NCBI GenBank assembly: GCA_032718475.1
Contig: JAUCBJ010001234.1
Span: 1 to 64,000, forward strand
Source: Nemertoderma westbladi
Taxonomy: Eukaryota > Animalia > Xenacoelomorpha
Length of the DNA stretch: 64,000 nucleotides
Reading direction: 5' to 3'
In this document: positions 25,901 through 39,063 of the stretch, piece after piece
Layout of the letters: every line of letters starts with the position of its first letter
Position numbering within the stretch: position 1 is the first letter of the stretch
Notes under the pieces: generated by a model
Told to the model about the DNA's origin: nothing
Database searches by the model: none
Seen by the model: only the letters and a program-made list of their open reading frames with translations
Made by a program: the position numbers and the translations under genes

Positions 25901-28900
25901 TAGTCAGTTCATCTAACCACTTACTGAAACAGATAAATAGTTAGTCAGTTCATCTAACCACTTACTGAAACAGATAAATAGTTAGTCAGTTCATCTAACC
26001 ACTTACTGAAACAGATAAATAGTTAGTCAGTTCATCTAACCACTTACTGAAACAGATAAATAGTTAGTCAGTTCATCTAACCACTTACTGAAACAGATAA
26101 ATAGTTAGTCAGTTCCTCTAACCACTTACTGAAACAGATAAATAGTTAGTCAGTTCATCTAACCACTTACTGAAACAGATAAATAGTTAGTCAGTTCATC
26201 TAACCACTTACTGAAACAGATAAATAATTAGTCAGTTCATCTAACCAATAAATGAAACAGATAAATAGTTAGTCAGTTCATCTAACCACTTACTGAAACA
26301 GATAAATAGTTAGTCAGTTCATCTAACCACTTACTGAAACAGATAAATAGTTAGTCAGTTCATCTAACCAATAAATGAAACAGATAAATAGTTAGTCAGT
26401 TCATCTAACCACTTACTGAAACAGATAAATAATTAGTCAGTTCATCTAACCGCTTACTGAAACAGATAAATAGTTAGTCAGTTCATCTAACCACTTACTG
26501 AAACAGATAAATAGTTAGTCAGTTCATCTAACCACTTACTGAAACAGATAAATAGTTAGTCAGTTCATCTAACCACTTACTGAAACAGATAAATAGTTAG
26601 TCAGTTCATCTAACCACTTACTGAAACAAATAAATAGTTAGTCAGTTCATCTAACCATTTAATGAAACAGATAAAGTTAGTCAGTTCATCTAACCATTTA
26701 ATGAAACAGATAAATAGTTAGTCAGTTAATCCAACCACTTACTGAAACAGATAAATAGTTAGTCAGTTCATCTAACCATTTAATGAAACAGATAAAGTTA
26801 GTCAGTTCATCTAACCATTTAATGAAACAGATAAATAGTTAGTCAGTTCATCTAACCATTTAATGAAACAGATAAATAGTTAGTCAATTCATCTAACCAC
26901 TTACTGAAACAGATAAAGTTAGTCAGTTCATCTAACCATTTAATGAAACAGATAAATAGTTAGTCAGTTCATCTAACCACTTACTGAAACAGATAAATAG
27001 TTAGTCAGTTCATCTAACCACTTACTGAAACAGATAAATAGTTAGTCAGTTCATCTAACCACTTACTGAAACAGATAAATAGTTAGTCAGTTCATCTAAC
27101 CACTTACTGAAACAGATACATAGTTAGTCAGTTCATCTAACCACTTACTGAAACAGATAAATAGTTAGTCAGTTCATCTAACCACTTACTGAAACAGATA
27201 AATAGTTAGTCAGTTCATCTAACCACTTACTGAAACAGATAAATAGTTAGTGAGTTCATCTAACCACTTACTGAAACAGATAAATAGTTAGTGAGTTCAT
27301 CTAACCAATAAATGAAACAGATAAATAGTTAGTCAGTTCATCTAACCACTTACTGAAACAAATAAATAATTAGTCAGTTCATCTAACCATTTAATGAAAC
27401 AGATAAATAGTTAGTCAGTTCATCTAACCACTTACTGAAACAGATAAATAGTTAGTCAGTTCATCTAACCACTTACTGAAACAGATAAATAGTTAGTCAG
27501 TTCATCTAACCACTTACTGAAACAGATAAAGTTAGCCAGTTCATCTAACCACTTACTGAAACAGATAAATAGTTAGTCAGTTCATCTAACCACTTACTGA
27601 AACAGATAAATAGTTAGTCAGTTCATCTAACCATTTAATGAAACAGATAAATAGTTAGTCAGTTCATCTAACCACTTACTGAAACAGATAAAGTTAGTCA
27701 GTTCATCTAACCATTTAATGAAACAGATAAATAGTTAGTCAATTCATCTAACCACTTACTGAAACAGATAAAGTTAGTCAGTTCATCTAACCATTTAATG
27801 AAACAGATAAATAGTTAGTCAGTTCATCTAACCACTTACTGAAACAGATAAATAGTTAGTCAGTTCATCTAACCAATAAATGAAACAGATAAATAGTTAG
27901 TCAGTTCATCTAACCACTTACTGAAACAGATAAAGTTAGTCAGTTCATCTAACCATTTAATGAAACAGATAAATAGTTAGTCAATTCATCTAACCACTTA
28001 CTGAAACAGATAAAGTTAGTCAGTTCATCTAACCATTTAATGAAACAGATAAATAGTTAGTCAGTTCATCTAACCACTTACTGAAACAGATAAATAGTTA
28101 GTCAGTTCATCTAACCAATAAATGAAACAGATAAATAGTTAGTCAGTTCATCTAACCACTTACTGAAACAGATAAATAGTTAGTCAGTTCATCTAACCAC
28201 TTACTGAAACAGATAAAGTTAGTCAGTTCATCTAACCATTTAATGAAACAGATAAATAGTTAGTCAATTCATCTAACCACTTACTGAAACAGATAAAGTT
28301 AGTCAGTTCATCTAACCATTTAATGAAACAGATAAATAGTTAGTCAGTTCATCTAACCACTTACTGAAACAGATAAATAGTTAGTCAGTTCATCTAACCA
28401 ATAAATGAAACAGATAAATAGTTAGTCAGTTCATCTAACCACTTACTGAAACAGATAAATAGTTAGTCAGTTCATCTAACCACTTACTGAAACAGATAAA
28501 GTTAGCCAGTTCATCTAACCACTTACTGAAACAGATAAATAGTTAGTCAGTTCATCTAACCACTTACTGAAACAGATAAATAGTTAGTCAGTTCATCTAA
28601 CCATTTAATGAAACAGATAAATAGTTAGTCAGTTCATCTAACCACTTACTGAAACAGATAAAGTTAGTCAGTTCATCTAACCATTTAATGAAACAGATAA
28701 ATAGTTAGTCAGTTCATCTAACCACTTACTGAAACAGATAAATAGTTAGTCAGTTCATCTAACCAATAAATGAAACAGATAAATAGTTAGTCAGTTCATC
28801 TAACCACTTACTGAAACAGATAAATAGTTAGTCAGTTCATCTAACCACTTACTGAAACAGATAAAGTTAGCCAGTTCATCTAACCACTTACTGAAACAGA

Positions 28901-31330
28901 TAAATAGTTAGTCAGTTCATCTAACCACTTACTGAAACAGATAAATAGTTAGTCAGTTCATCTAACCATTTAATGAAACAGATAAATAGTTAGTCAGTTC
29001 ATCTAACCATTTACTGAAACAGATAAAGTTAGTCAGTTCATCTAACCATTTAATGAAACAGATAAATAGTTAGTCAATTCATCTAACCACTTACTGAAAC
29101 AGATAAAGTTAGTCAGTTCATCTAACCATTTAATGAAACAGATAAATAGTTAGTCAGTTCATCTAACCACTTACTGAAACAGATAAATAGTTAGTCAGTT
29201 CATCTAACCAATAAATGAAACAGATAAATAGTTAGTCAGTTCATCTAACCACTTACTGAAACAGATAAATAGTTAGTCAGTTCATCTAACCACTTACTGA
29301 AACAGATAAAGTTAGCCAGTTCATCTAACCACTTACTGAAACAGATAAATAGTTAGTCAGTTCATCTAACCACTTACTGAAACAGATAAATAGTTAGTCA
29401 GTTCATCTAACCGCTTACTGAAACAGATAAATAGTTAGTCAGTTCATCTAACCACTTACTGAAACAGATAAATAGTTAGTCAGTTCATCTAACCATTTAA
29501 TGAAACAGATAAATAGTTAGTCAGTTCATCTAACCACTTACTGAAACAGATAAAGTTAGTCAGTTCATCTAACCATTTAATGAAACAGATAAATAGTTAG
29601 TCAGTTCATCTAACCACTTACTGAAACAGATAAATAGTTAGTCAGTTCATCTAACCACTTACTGAAACAGATAAAGTTAGTCAGTTCATCTAACCATTTA
29701 ATGAAACAGATAAATAGTTTGTCAGTTCATCTAACCACTTACTGAAACAGATAAAGTTAGTCAGTTCATCTAACCATTTAATGAAACACTAAATAGTTAG
29801 TCAGTTCATCTAACCACTTACTGAAACAGATAAATAGTTAGTCAGTTCATCTAACCACTTACTGAAACAGATAAATAGTTAGTCAGTTCATCTAACCACT
29901 TACTGAAACAGATAAATAGTTAGTCAGTTCATCTAACCACTTACTGAAACAGATAAATAGTTAGTCAGTTCATCTAACCAATAAATGAAACAGATAAATA
30001 GTTAGTCAGTTCATCTAACCACTTACTGAAACAGATAAATAGTTAGACAGTTCATCTAACCATTTAATGAAACAGATAAATAGTTAGTCAATTCATCTAA
30101 CCACTTACTGAAACAGATAAAGTTAGTCAGTTCATCTAACCATTTAATGAAACAGATAAATAGTTAGTCAGTTCATCTAACCACTTACTGAAACAGATAA
30201 ATAGTTAGTCAGTTCATCTAACCAATAAATGAAACAGATAAATAGTTAGTCAGTTCATCTAACCACTTACTGAAACAGATAAATAGTTAGTCAGTTCATC
30301 TAACCACTTACTGAAACAGATAAAGTTAGCCAGTTCATCTAACCACTTACTGAAACAGATAAATAGTTAGTCAGTTCATCTAACCACTTACTGAAACAGA
30401 TAAATAGTTAGTCAGTTCATCTAACCGCTTACTGAAACAGATAAATAGTTAGTCAGTTCATCTAACCACTTACTGAAACAGATAAATAGTTAGTCAGTTC
30501 ATCTAACCATTTAATGAAACAGATAAATAGTTAGTCAGTTCATCTAACCACTTACTGAAACAGATAAAGTTAGTCAGTTCATCTAACCATTTAATGAAAC
30601 AGATAAATAGTTAGTCAGTTCATCTAACCACTTACTGAAACAGATAAATAGTTAGTCAGTTCATCTAACCACTTACTGAAACAGATAAAGTTAGTCAGTT
30701 CATCTAACCATTTAATGAAACAGATAAATAGTTTGTCAGTTCATCTAACCACTTACTGAAACAGATAAAGTTAGTCAGTTCATCTAACCATTTAATGAAA
30801 CACTAAATAGTTAGTCAGTTCATCTAACCACTTACTGAAACAGATAAATAGTTAGTCAGTTCATCTAACCACTTACTGAAACAGATAAATAGTTAGTCAG
30901 TTCATCTAACCACTTACTGAAACAGATAAATAGTTAGTCAGTTCATCTAACCACTTACTGAAACAGATAAATAGTTAGTCAGTTCATCTAACCAATAAAT
31001 GAAACAGATAAATAGTTAGTCAGTTCATCTAACCACTTACTGAAACAGATAAATAGTTAGACAGTTCATCTAACCCCTTACTGAAACAGATAAATAGTTA
31101 GTCAGTTCATCTAACCACTTACTGAAACAGATAAATAGTTAGTCAGTTCATCTAACCGCTTACTAAACAGATAAATAGTTAGTCATTTCATCTAACCACT
31201 TACTGAAACAGATAAATAGTTAGTCAGTTCATCTAACCACTTACTGAAACAGATAAATAGTTAGTCAGTTCATCTAACCATTTAAAGAAACAGATAAATA
31301 GTTAGTCAGTTCACCTAACCACTTACTGAA
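22888..31330. repeat. Satellite of about 200 copies of a 41/39-bp unit corresponding to the MsrA intron/last-exon junction
   Basis: Minus-strand unit CTGACTAACTATTTATCTGTTTCAG|TAAGTGGTTAGATGAA. The last copy runs directly into the coding exon. Confidence 0.97.
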
Positions 31331-31403
31331 ATAAAGAAAGTCAGTTTAATCAAACCAGTTTGTAAAAATGGTAAACAATTAATAAAAGTAGCAAATTTTT
31401 TAA

Positions 31404-32841
31404 GGGGAGATGGTACCCCAGGATATCTCCATACATTTTACTATTAACACATTGTACCCATTACGCTGGAACGATGGAATTTCATGAAAATTTCCAGAAG
31501 GGCGGAGTAACTATCGAGACACACCTGGAACCTAAAAAAAATTGAAATTTTGTTTAGTGTCTATGTTTGAGGGTCACTTAATTGCACCGAAAAACAAAAA
31601 ATGACAAGTTTTCGAAGTTTATATTAGAAATACATTTGATAATTGTTTTAAACATATGTGTTTAGAGGTTCCACAATTGTGTCTCACTACAACAAACCTG
31701 CTGCGAAAATTTCAGCCAATTCCATCAAGACGTTCTCGAGAAAAAGGTACATTTATTTCTAAATTTCACGAAAAATAAGATGCTGAGAAAAACGCATTTT
31801 AAGTTTTCAAACATTCCCGCTAATTTTATGTAAAACGTGGGAAATTTCAAAAATAAGCCAAAATATAATAAACTACTCCAGTGAACCAAAATTTACGATT
31901 TAGGGGTTTTTGTAGTCGCTGAATTCATTTCTGATATCTGTTTTAATGTTTGATGACATCTGGACTGCCTGTCTGTCTGTTTGTCTGTCATTCTGTCTGA
32001 TCTGTCTGTCAGACTGTCAATTTCACAGACAATAAATAAGTAAGTACACCACATCACTATAATTTATGATATGGGGGTTTTCCTAGTCGCTGATTCCATT
32101 TCCGATGTAAATTTTAATATTTGACTGAACCTAGAATGTCTGTTTGTCTGTTTTTATGTCTGTCTGTCTGCCAGTCAAAATATAAGGAGGCATGTCACCT
32201 GAATTAAATTTCAGATATGGGGGTTTTCCTAGTCGCTTATTTAATTTCTAATACATGTTTTAATGTTTGATGACATCTGGACTGTCTTTATGTCTATCTG
32301 TCTGTCTGTCAGTTTGTCTGTCTGTCTGACTTACTCATTTTTAATAATTGCATGAACCTTGACTGTCTGTTTAAGTCTGTCTGTCTGTATGTCTTTCTTG
32401 ACAGACAGATCGACTGACAGATAAATATACAGGCATAATAGACACCTCCAAACAGGAAAGATAACACCAGAATTGAAATCACCGACCTTAAAAACCCCCA
32501 CAGTGAAAATTTTAGTTACGTAGTGTGATTCGTTATGTTTTTGACAGACAGACCGATAGACGGACAAACAGACAGACAAACTAGATTACGTCAAATTTGA
32601 AAACTGACCCCGGAAATGAAATTTGCAACCACGAAAACCCATATAGCAATTATTTTAGTTAGGTGGTGTACATTTGTATATCCATAATTTGTTGACAAAC
32701 AGAAAAACAGACAACTTAAGCTTACGATGTGATGTTAGGATTTCGATTTCTGAAATCTACGTTAAATTCTGATTTAGAATTAATAAAAAAAAAATTCGAA
32801 AATTTTTCAATATTTGATAAGTTCTGGGGTACCATCTCCCC
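31404..32841. mobile_element. Non-autonomous DNA transposon, Kolobok-like
   Basis: TIR GGGGAGATGGTACCCCAG / CTGGGGTACCATCTCCCC, flanked by TTAA (left) and TGAA (right). Internal CTGT-rich subrepeats. Confidence 0.7.
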
Positions 32842-33649
32842 TGAAGAAATTTACATTTAATACGGACATATTGAAAATCACTCGCGGTTCAAAATTACTA
32901 AAAGTGGCCAAAACTAAACACAAACATTAGACACGCAGTAACTTTTGACTTCCTCGATCATTTCCAATAAATTAAAATTTTAAAATGACCGACATTTTTT
33001 GGTATTACAGGTGACGATTATTTTGCAACGCTACCTTGTATTTATTTTTCAGAATATCTGCGCGAATTCGAAAAGATTTTTCAGTGTAGACACTCAATAC
33101 GTTAACAAACCAGATATGTTATATCTATATACCATTTGAAAGAGCGTAAAATTCTGCAGAAGCTAATATATTATATATTGTTGTCCAATGTATTGGACAA
33201 CAATAACGGGGGGGTTGTGTCATTGAATAGCGACATTATATCCCGGGCATTATGTATAGTGTGTATTAGAATGACGCCGTGACATACCGGAAATACATAG
33301 TAAATGTATGGCGTATGTCGGTATGTCGGTATGTCGAACTGCGATATAAATTTGGAAAATAAATATGTCACCCTGGCGATTTGGTGGAGCGAAATTAATT
33401 CCATATAAATAAATAAATTATGTACAAACATTGACAGTTGTATTTATGATTTTCTACTTACTACAGATAAGATAAATACACTCAGTGAACTTTGCCCGCC
33501 TCACAACAGTTAACATGGTTATTGCATTTATTAACAGCAAATTAATTACAAAACATTTAGGTTAAGAAATTCGGCATATCCCTTGAGTAGAACAATTATA
33601 TTTATTTAAAAATTGAAATATTTTATAACTGAATAATATGTAGAACACG

Positions 33650-33875
33650 GTTGGGTGTATGTAACCTTCACCAATACGGAGATTCGATCCTGTAACTGGT
33701 GCGCCAACCCAGCCCTATGGGATCTCTGCTGGGGGGAGTAAAAAAAAAGGGTTGAATAGTTACGAAGTGTTCACACCTAGGAGTTTGTGTGGTGACCTCC
33801 CTGTGTTACAGGTAACAGCCAAGAGAGAGAGAATAGTCTTTAGGCTCCCTCAGCACAACGATAACTTTACTTTAA
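33650..33875 (+). mobile_element. Probable tRNA-derived SINE
   Basis: B-box-like GATTCGATCC, a CAACCCAGCC...GGGAGTA core-like block and an ACTTTACTTT tail. Confidence 0.45.
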
Positions 33876-34107
33876 TTATGGGGATGGTCGCTATTTTGTA
33901 TTAATTGATTTGAAATTATTAAATTATTTAAATTAATTGTACAGAGTATAGGGATTATAAACTAAAGGACGACTTTTAGATATGTGTAAACTTGACCGAC
34001 AAATACTACGATTAAAAACTCAAAAAAATGCTATTACCACAAGAAAGGAACACAATGCAATATAACTAAAAAACACCGTTATAGCCAACAAGACCGTACA
34101 GAAAATA

Positions 34108-36666
34108 ATGGACGCGCAGGTTCCATGTAAGTCGCCAATTCGTCGGATGTCTATGAGAAAGGCTATTCTAGTTGGTTCACTCTATGGGGAGGAAGAAAAC
34201 ACAAAACTAATCGGTGTGTATGCGGAAGATAGGCAGCAGATTGATAATGAAAAGGAAGATCATATAGATTATAGACTGACGAGGAAAGATGGGCTAGTAG
34301 AGCGGGAAGGGATGGTGGGAAATAGAAGAGGCACAGAGGGGAGACATCGGCGCCTGGGTAGTGGGGAAATGATCAGAATAGAGCGGGCGAGTCTAGAAGA
34401 AATCAATAGCGATGGAAACCGCAAGGGGAAGAACAACATGCAAAGATGGTCTAGTATGGACAGAGGGTTATCTAAAGTTGGTTCGGGAAAGTTGGACACA
34501 TGGAGAGTGAAAGGTCGACAGCAGAGCAGCCCTGAGTCCAGAATGGGTGGGGGAGGGATCGAGATCTGTCAGTTAACCTCGAGCGGACCGCAGCACGCTA
34601 CGAGTGTCCCAAACTTCGCCGGGGGTGGCTTAACTCGTCGGTTCACCGCCAGCGAGTACTGCATCAAGGAGGAGCCACGAGACGAGGAGACCTTCCGCCG
34701 ACGCGTCTCGAGCGTGGACGAGACGACCCGGTACCTGGACCTCGATGTGGGACGTGTGTCCCGGGAGCGGGACGTCGGGGGACAAAGACTCGCGAGGATC
34801 CACCGGGTCTGCACCGAGACGCCGGACCTGCTGCCCGTGTTCGGAGAAATCGAGAGAGCGCTGAGTATGCCCGCGGGGATCGACAAGGAATCCAGCAGGT
34901 TATCCCGCAAACCCGCCGCATCCACCGATGATCCCGTAGAACCAAACACTGCCCAAACTCTTGATATATCGCGGACAGCTGAATCACGCGGACGTCAAAA
35001 GATCCGTAGTCTATATACAGCAAACCGAGACCCGCAAATAAACTCATCACAGGAATTTAACTCCAGTGGGTTGCAGCGGACACAATTAAGATCATCGATG
35101 CCAACATTGAACAGAGGGCTAGGCTTTACGTTGAATGTCCCTTTTACAGCCACACCGAGCGCCAAGAACGATAAGGAGGAACTAGTAGCTAAAGCGTTGT
35201 GGGATCACGTGACCCTGGACTCGGAGGAGTTGACGTTCCGAGCGGGCGACGTTATCCGGGTTTTGGAACGAACCAACTCGACGTGGTGGTTCGGTGCCGC
35301 GCACGGACGGACCGGGTGGTTCTCCAGCGTTCACGTATTCGCTTTCGCGGCCAACCCCGTCGAGACGTTCGAGGACTGTCTCGAACGACTCAGCGAGGCC
35401 CACATGCCGCTCACCAAGAAATCCCTGCGTCGATTCAGTTTCATTCGCCGGGCCCAGGTACGGGAGCACGTAGTCCGGGAAGTGATAAAAACCGAGGAGC
35501 TTTACGGAGCAGTACTCCTAAATTTATGTCACGGGTTCATTCTGGAATTTAAAAAAAGAACCAATTTATTTTCGGTACCGGCTATAAATAGAATATTTGG
35601 CAATATGGAGGATTTATATGAATTGCATGTAAAACTATTAAAAGAATTGCGTCGCGCTGTGCTCAAAGCAGAATCGATGGATGATAGTCTCATAGGAGGG
35701 TGTTTCTTACGATTCGCTGATGATTTCGAATTGTACTCGATTTACTGTAACAACCATCCCGGGTCGTGTTCCTTGTTGGCTAAACTCGCGGAGAAACCGG
35801 AATACCCAGAGTTGTTCGAAGAGTGTCGTGTACGCCGGGGGATGCCGGAGCTGCCGCTAGGGGGCTTCCTATTGAAACCGGTGCAGCGCATCTGCCAGTA
35901 CCCGCTGCAGTTGGCCGAACTGATTAAATACACGTCGCCCCATCACCAGGACTACGAGGAGACAAAGCTAGCGTTGGACGCAATGAGGACAGTGGCAACC
36001 AACATCAACGAGTCAAAGAGACGCCTAGAGATGATTGGCCAACTGCTGAAATGGCAGAAAACGGTTGACCAATGGGAAGGCGAGCCGATAACAGCCACCA
36101 GTTCCCAACTCATCAAATCCGGAGTCGCATATAAATACGTAAAGAAATCGCCGCAGGAACGGTGGCTGTATTTATTCGATCGCTTACTCGTCGTGTGTAA
36201 GAAGGACCTCCGAGGTCGGTTTGTCTACAAGGAGCGAATCGATATGAACTCCTGCTGGTATAAATCCTTACCTAACGGCCGGGATAACCATTTACATGTG
36301 TTGCTAAGGAACGCATTCTGTATTTACGTTGACAACGCGAGCTGCGACTACCATGTATTCACGTCGAAGAACGCCAAAGAGGCGGAGGCGTGGGGCGAGG
36401 CGTTCGTGGAGGAGTTGCGAGTCCGGACGTCGACGGAATCGCCGCGGATAACGGCGGACGCCTCGATGAACGCAGAGAGACTCTCACTCACCTACAGCGC
36501 GAGTTTCCGGGGCAACCAGAGTCGCCCTGTGCGGCACTCTGTCGCTGGGGGCGCTAGGAAAAAACCCTTATTAGACAGAAAGAGACAGGGACAGGGACAG
36601 GAAAGTGGAAGAACTGGTTTAAAATTTTGGCAACGCTTTGGTTCTCTTAATAAACTTAGTAAGTAG
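34108..36666 (+). CDS. Rho guanine nucleotide exchange factor, SH3-DH-PH (ARHGEF4/ARHGEF9/SPATA13 family), single-exon ORF
   Basis: 852-aa ORF. SH3 (ALWDHVTLDSEELTFRAGDVI..WWFG..GWF), DH (REVIKTEELY..IFGNMEDLY..FLLKPVQRICQYPLQLAEL) and PH (ERWLYLFDRLLVVCKKD) domains. Confidence 0.93.
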   Translation: MDAQVPCKSPIRRMSMRKAILVGSLYGEEENTKLIGVYAEDRQQIDNEKEDHIDYRLTRKDGLVEREGMVGNRRGTEGRHRRLGSGEMIRIERASLEEINSDGNRKGKNNMQRWSSMDRGLSKVGSGKLDTWRVKGRQQSSPESRMGGGGIEICQLTSSGPQHATSVPNFAGGGLTRRFTASEYCIKEEPRDEETFRRRVSSVDETTRYLDLDVGRVSRERDVGGQRLARIHRVCTETPDLLPVFGEIERALSMPAGIDKESSRLSRKPAASTDDPVEPNTAQTLDISRTAESRGRQKIRSLYTANRDPQINSSQEFNSSGLQRTQLRSSMPTLNRGLGFTLNVPFTATPSAKNDKEELVAKALWDHVTLDSEELTFRAGDVIRVLERTNSTWWFGAAHGRTGWFSSVHVFAFAANPVETFEDCLERLSEAHMPLTKKSLRRFSFIRRAQVREHVVREVIKTEELYGAVLLNLCHGFILEFKKRTNLFSVPAINRIFGNMEDLYELHVKLLKELRRAVLKAESMDDSLIGGCFLRFADDFELYSIYCNNHPGSCSLLAKLAEKPEYPELFEECRVRRGMPELPLGGFLLKPVQRICQYPLQLAELIKYTSPHHQDYEETKLALDAMRTVATNINESKRRLEMIGQLLKWQKTVDQWEGEPITATSSQLIKSGVAYKYVKKSPQERWLYLFDRLLVVCKKDLRGRFVYKERIDMNSCWYKSLPNGRDNHLHVLLRNAFCIYVDNASCDYHVFTSKNAKEAEAWGEAFVEELRVRTSTESPRITADASMNAERLSLTYSASFRGNQSRPVRHSVAGGARKKPLLDRKRQGQGQESGRTGLKFWQRFGSLNKLSK

Positions 36667-36896
36667 GATTAGTATATAGTTTAGTTGTTAGCAATAACCA
36701 AACTTACGCATCTGTTCGAATTACTGTTAGGGAATTAATTATAAAATTACAAATGATTAATAAATTTAAGTTGTTTAATGGCCTACTATAATAGTAATAA
36801 TAATAGTAGGTCATGGTTGTTTTCAAACCATCAAATTAAAATCAACCATATCGACAAATATAATAAATAAATTCCGGTTTTATTAAAGGTACTAAC

Positions 36897-37025
36897 ATTT
36901 TTCCATTGCTTCCGGCATAGCCATTAAATCTTGTAGCGATATGAGATGCCGTTAATTGGGATTCTGTAAGACCTAATACCCTAAGTAAATCGGGGTGTCT
37001 CTTTAGAATATACTTTTGGTGGTAC
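36897..37025 (-). CDS. MSRA: Selenoprotein MsrA, internal exon
   Basis: CTCAG|G ... AT|GTTAGT. Reads YHQKYILKRHPDLL...ATRFNGYAGSNGK (MsrA YHQKY motif). Confidence 0.92.
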
Positions 37026-37846
37026 CTGAGGGAGAAAACAATAAATTATATTTAGGGCAATCTATATACATTCCATTCTCCTTTTCACTGACTACCCAAT
37101 CTTGCCTTTATAAATAGTGATGCACTAGTTGCCCCCCCATGCGTGTATTTGCCCGGGGCAAACAATTTATACTATTTATACTTTTCACCATTAATTTAGC
37201 GTTCAGGGTGTAACTTTTCTAATTAGATTATTTTAATCCTAAATTTAAACATTTAACGGAGTCTTCAGATTGGGTGACTTTTCTTCTTTCTCCATCAGTG
37301 GAGTTCCTAATGTTATAATTTTGGAAAAAAACCTACGCGTATCATTGTTGCAAATTATTTATCAGAGTTCGGTGGAAGTATTTTAATGTGTTTGTTTGTG
37401 AAACAATCCGCAAGGATCAGCACACTGCATGTACCATCACCATCTGTAATATGGTTATGGTAAATAGGGGCTTGGGATTATTCCACAAACAATAACAATT
37501 ATTGGTACATGTTTCTGTAGCAACGATCTATAAAGCTTCAACTGTCAACATATTACACTTGAAAGAGGGAAATCTACGGCATTATATTTACTACTGTTTT
37601 AATTTGGTGGTTAGAGAGAAACCGTGATCCAGATAATGGGTTTCATTAAATCGCAAATTCCTCTTTATTGATTTATAATCTAAAACTCGCTAATCATTAG
37701 AATCTATCCAAGACTTTCTCCGATAGATATCATTACAATATTTTCAACAAAACAAAACCGGTCATTATATTCCTAATGTAAGTAGAAATGATTACATTAT
37801 AGTATCAACCTATAATCCATTGAATAAAGAAAGTATCTGGACTCAC

Positions 37847-37942
37847 CCTTCTGCATCGTAAAATCGATCCAACTGAATTAATTTAGTGCGGATCTTCGAC
37901 GAATATTGGCGTTGGAACTCTGCCATCGATTCCTGAGCGACA
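37847..37942 (-). CDS. MSRA: Selenoprotein MsrA, internal exon
   Basis: TTTCAG|T ... GG|GTGAGT. Reads VAQESMAEFQRQYSSKIRTKLIQLDRFYDAE(G). Confidence 0.92.
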
Positions 37943-38672
37943 CTGAAAAGTAAATAAATGGGGATATTAAAAGTAAATCAATGGGAATATCAAAGGTAAA
38001 TCAATGGGGATGTCAAAAGTAAATCAATGGGAATATCAAAAGTAAATAAATTGGGATATCAAAGGTAAATTCACAAGGATATCAAAACAGAGACACTGAA
38101 AAGTAAATCAATGGGGATATCAAAGGTAAATCAATGGGGAATGTGGAAATATCAAAAGTAAATCAATGGGGATATCAAAAGTAAACCAATGGGGATATCA
38201 AAACAGAGACACTGAAAAGTAAATCAATGGGGATATCAAAAGTAAATCAATGGGGATATCAAAAGTAAATCAATGGGGATATCAAAACAGAGACACTGAA
38301 AGGTAAATCAATGGGGGATATGAAAAGTAAATCAATGGGGATATCAAAAGTAAATCAATGGGGATATCAAAACAGAGACACTGAAAAGTAAATCAATGGG
38401 GATATCAAAAGTAAATCAATGGGGATATCAAAAGTAAATCAATGGGGATATCAAAACAGAGACACTGAAAAGTAAATCAATTGGGATAACAAGAGTAAAT
38501 CAATGGGGATATCAAAATAGCGACACTGAAAAGTAAATCAATGGGGATATCAAAAGTAAATCAATGGGGGATATCAAAACAGAGACACTGAAAAGTAAAT
38601 CAATGGGGATATCAAAAATAAATCAATGGGGATATCAAAAGTAAATAAATGAGGATATCAAAGGTAAATCAA
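37936..38672. repeat. Compound minisatellite (AAAAGTAAATCAATGGGGATATC plus AAAACAGAGACACTG) containing repeated 3' splice sites
   Basis: The array starts at the acceptor of exon 37847-37942. Minus-strand units contain GATTTACTTTTCAG|TGTC(T/G)CT. Confidence 0.9.
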
Positions 38673-39063
38673 GGTACCATAAATGTAGCCAGTTCCTCAT
38701 GACGTTGTTGTGTGACAACAAGTGGAAAAACTGATATTACTCCTGAAGTATAAGACATTCTCATAATTTTTGCATTGACTCTTTCCTTATGAAATTGGCC
38801 AATCGCGTGAATTTTCGTAGGAGCATAGCTTTAGTGGTTTATCCAATGACGGGCGCTCAAACATTTGGTAAATCTTAATGAGGTACACCTTTGTGTTTGT
38901 TTTGTTACTAAGCTATGTAAAAGGCAGCAGAGGAGAAAGGATGCTGATTGGACAATGTCTTTAGATAGACAATTAAATAAACTTTCAAATGATGTATTCA
39001 GTAAGGGTATTGTCCTAATGTTGTTTAGTACCTAAGTACCTAACATAAGACATTGGCAGCAAT

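Noticed and set aside
22888-31330. CRISPR-like regular repeat
   Set aside because: The units are head-to-tail with no unique spacers, the context is eukaryotic, and there are no cas genes.
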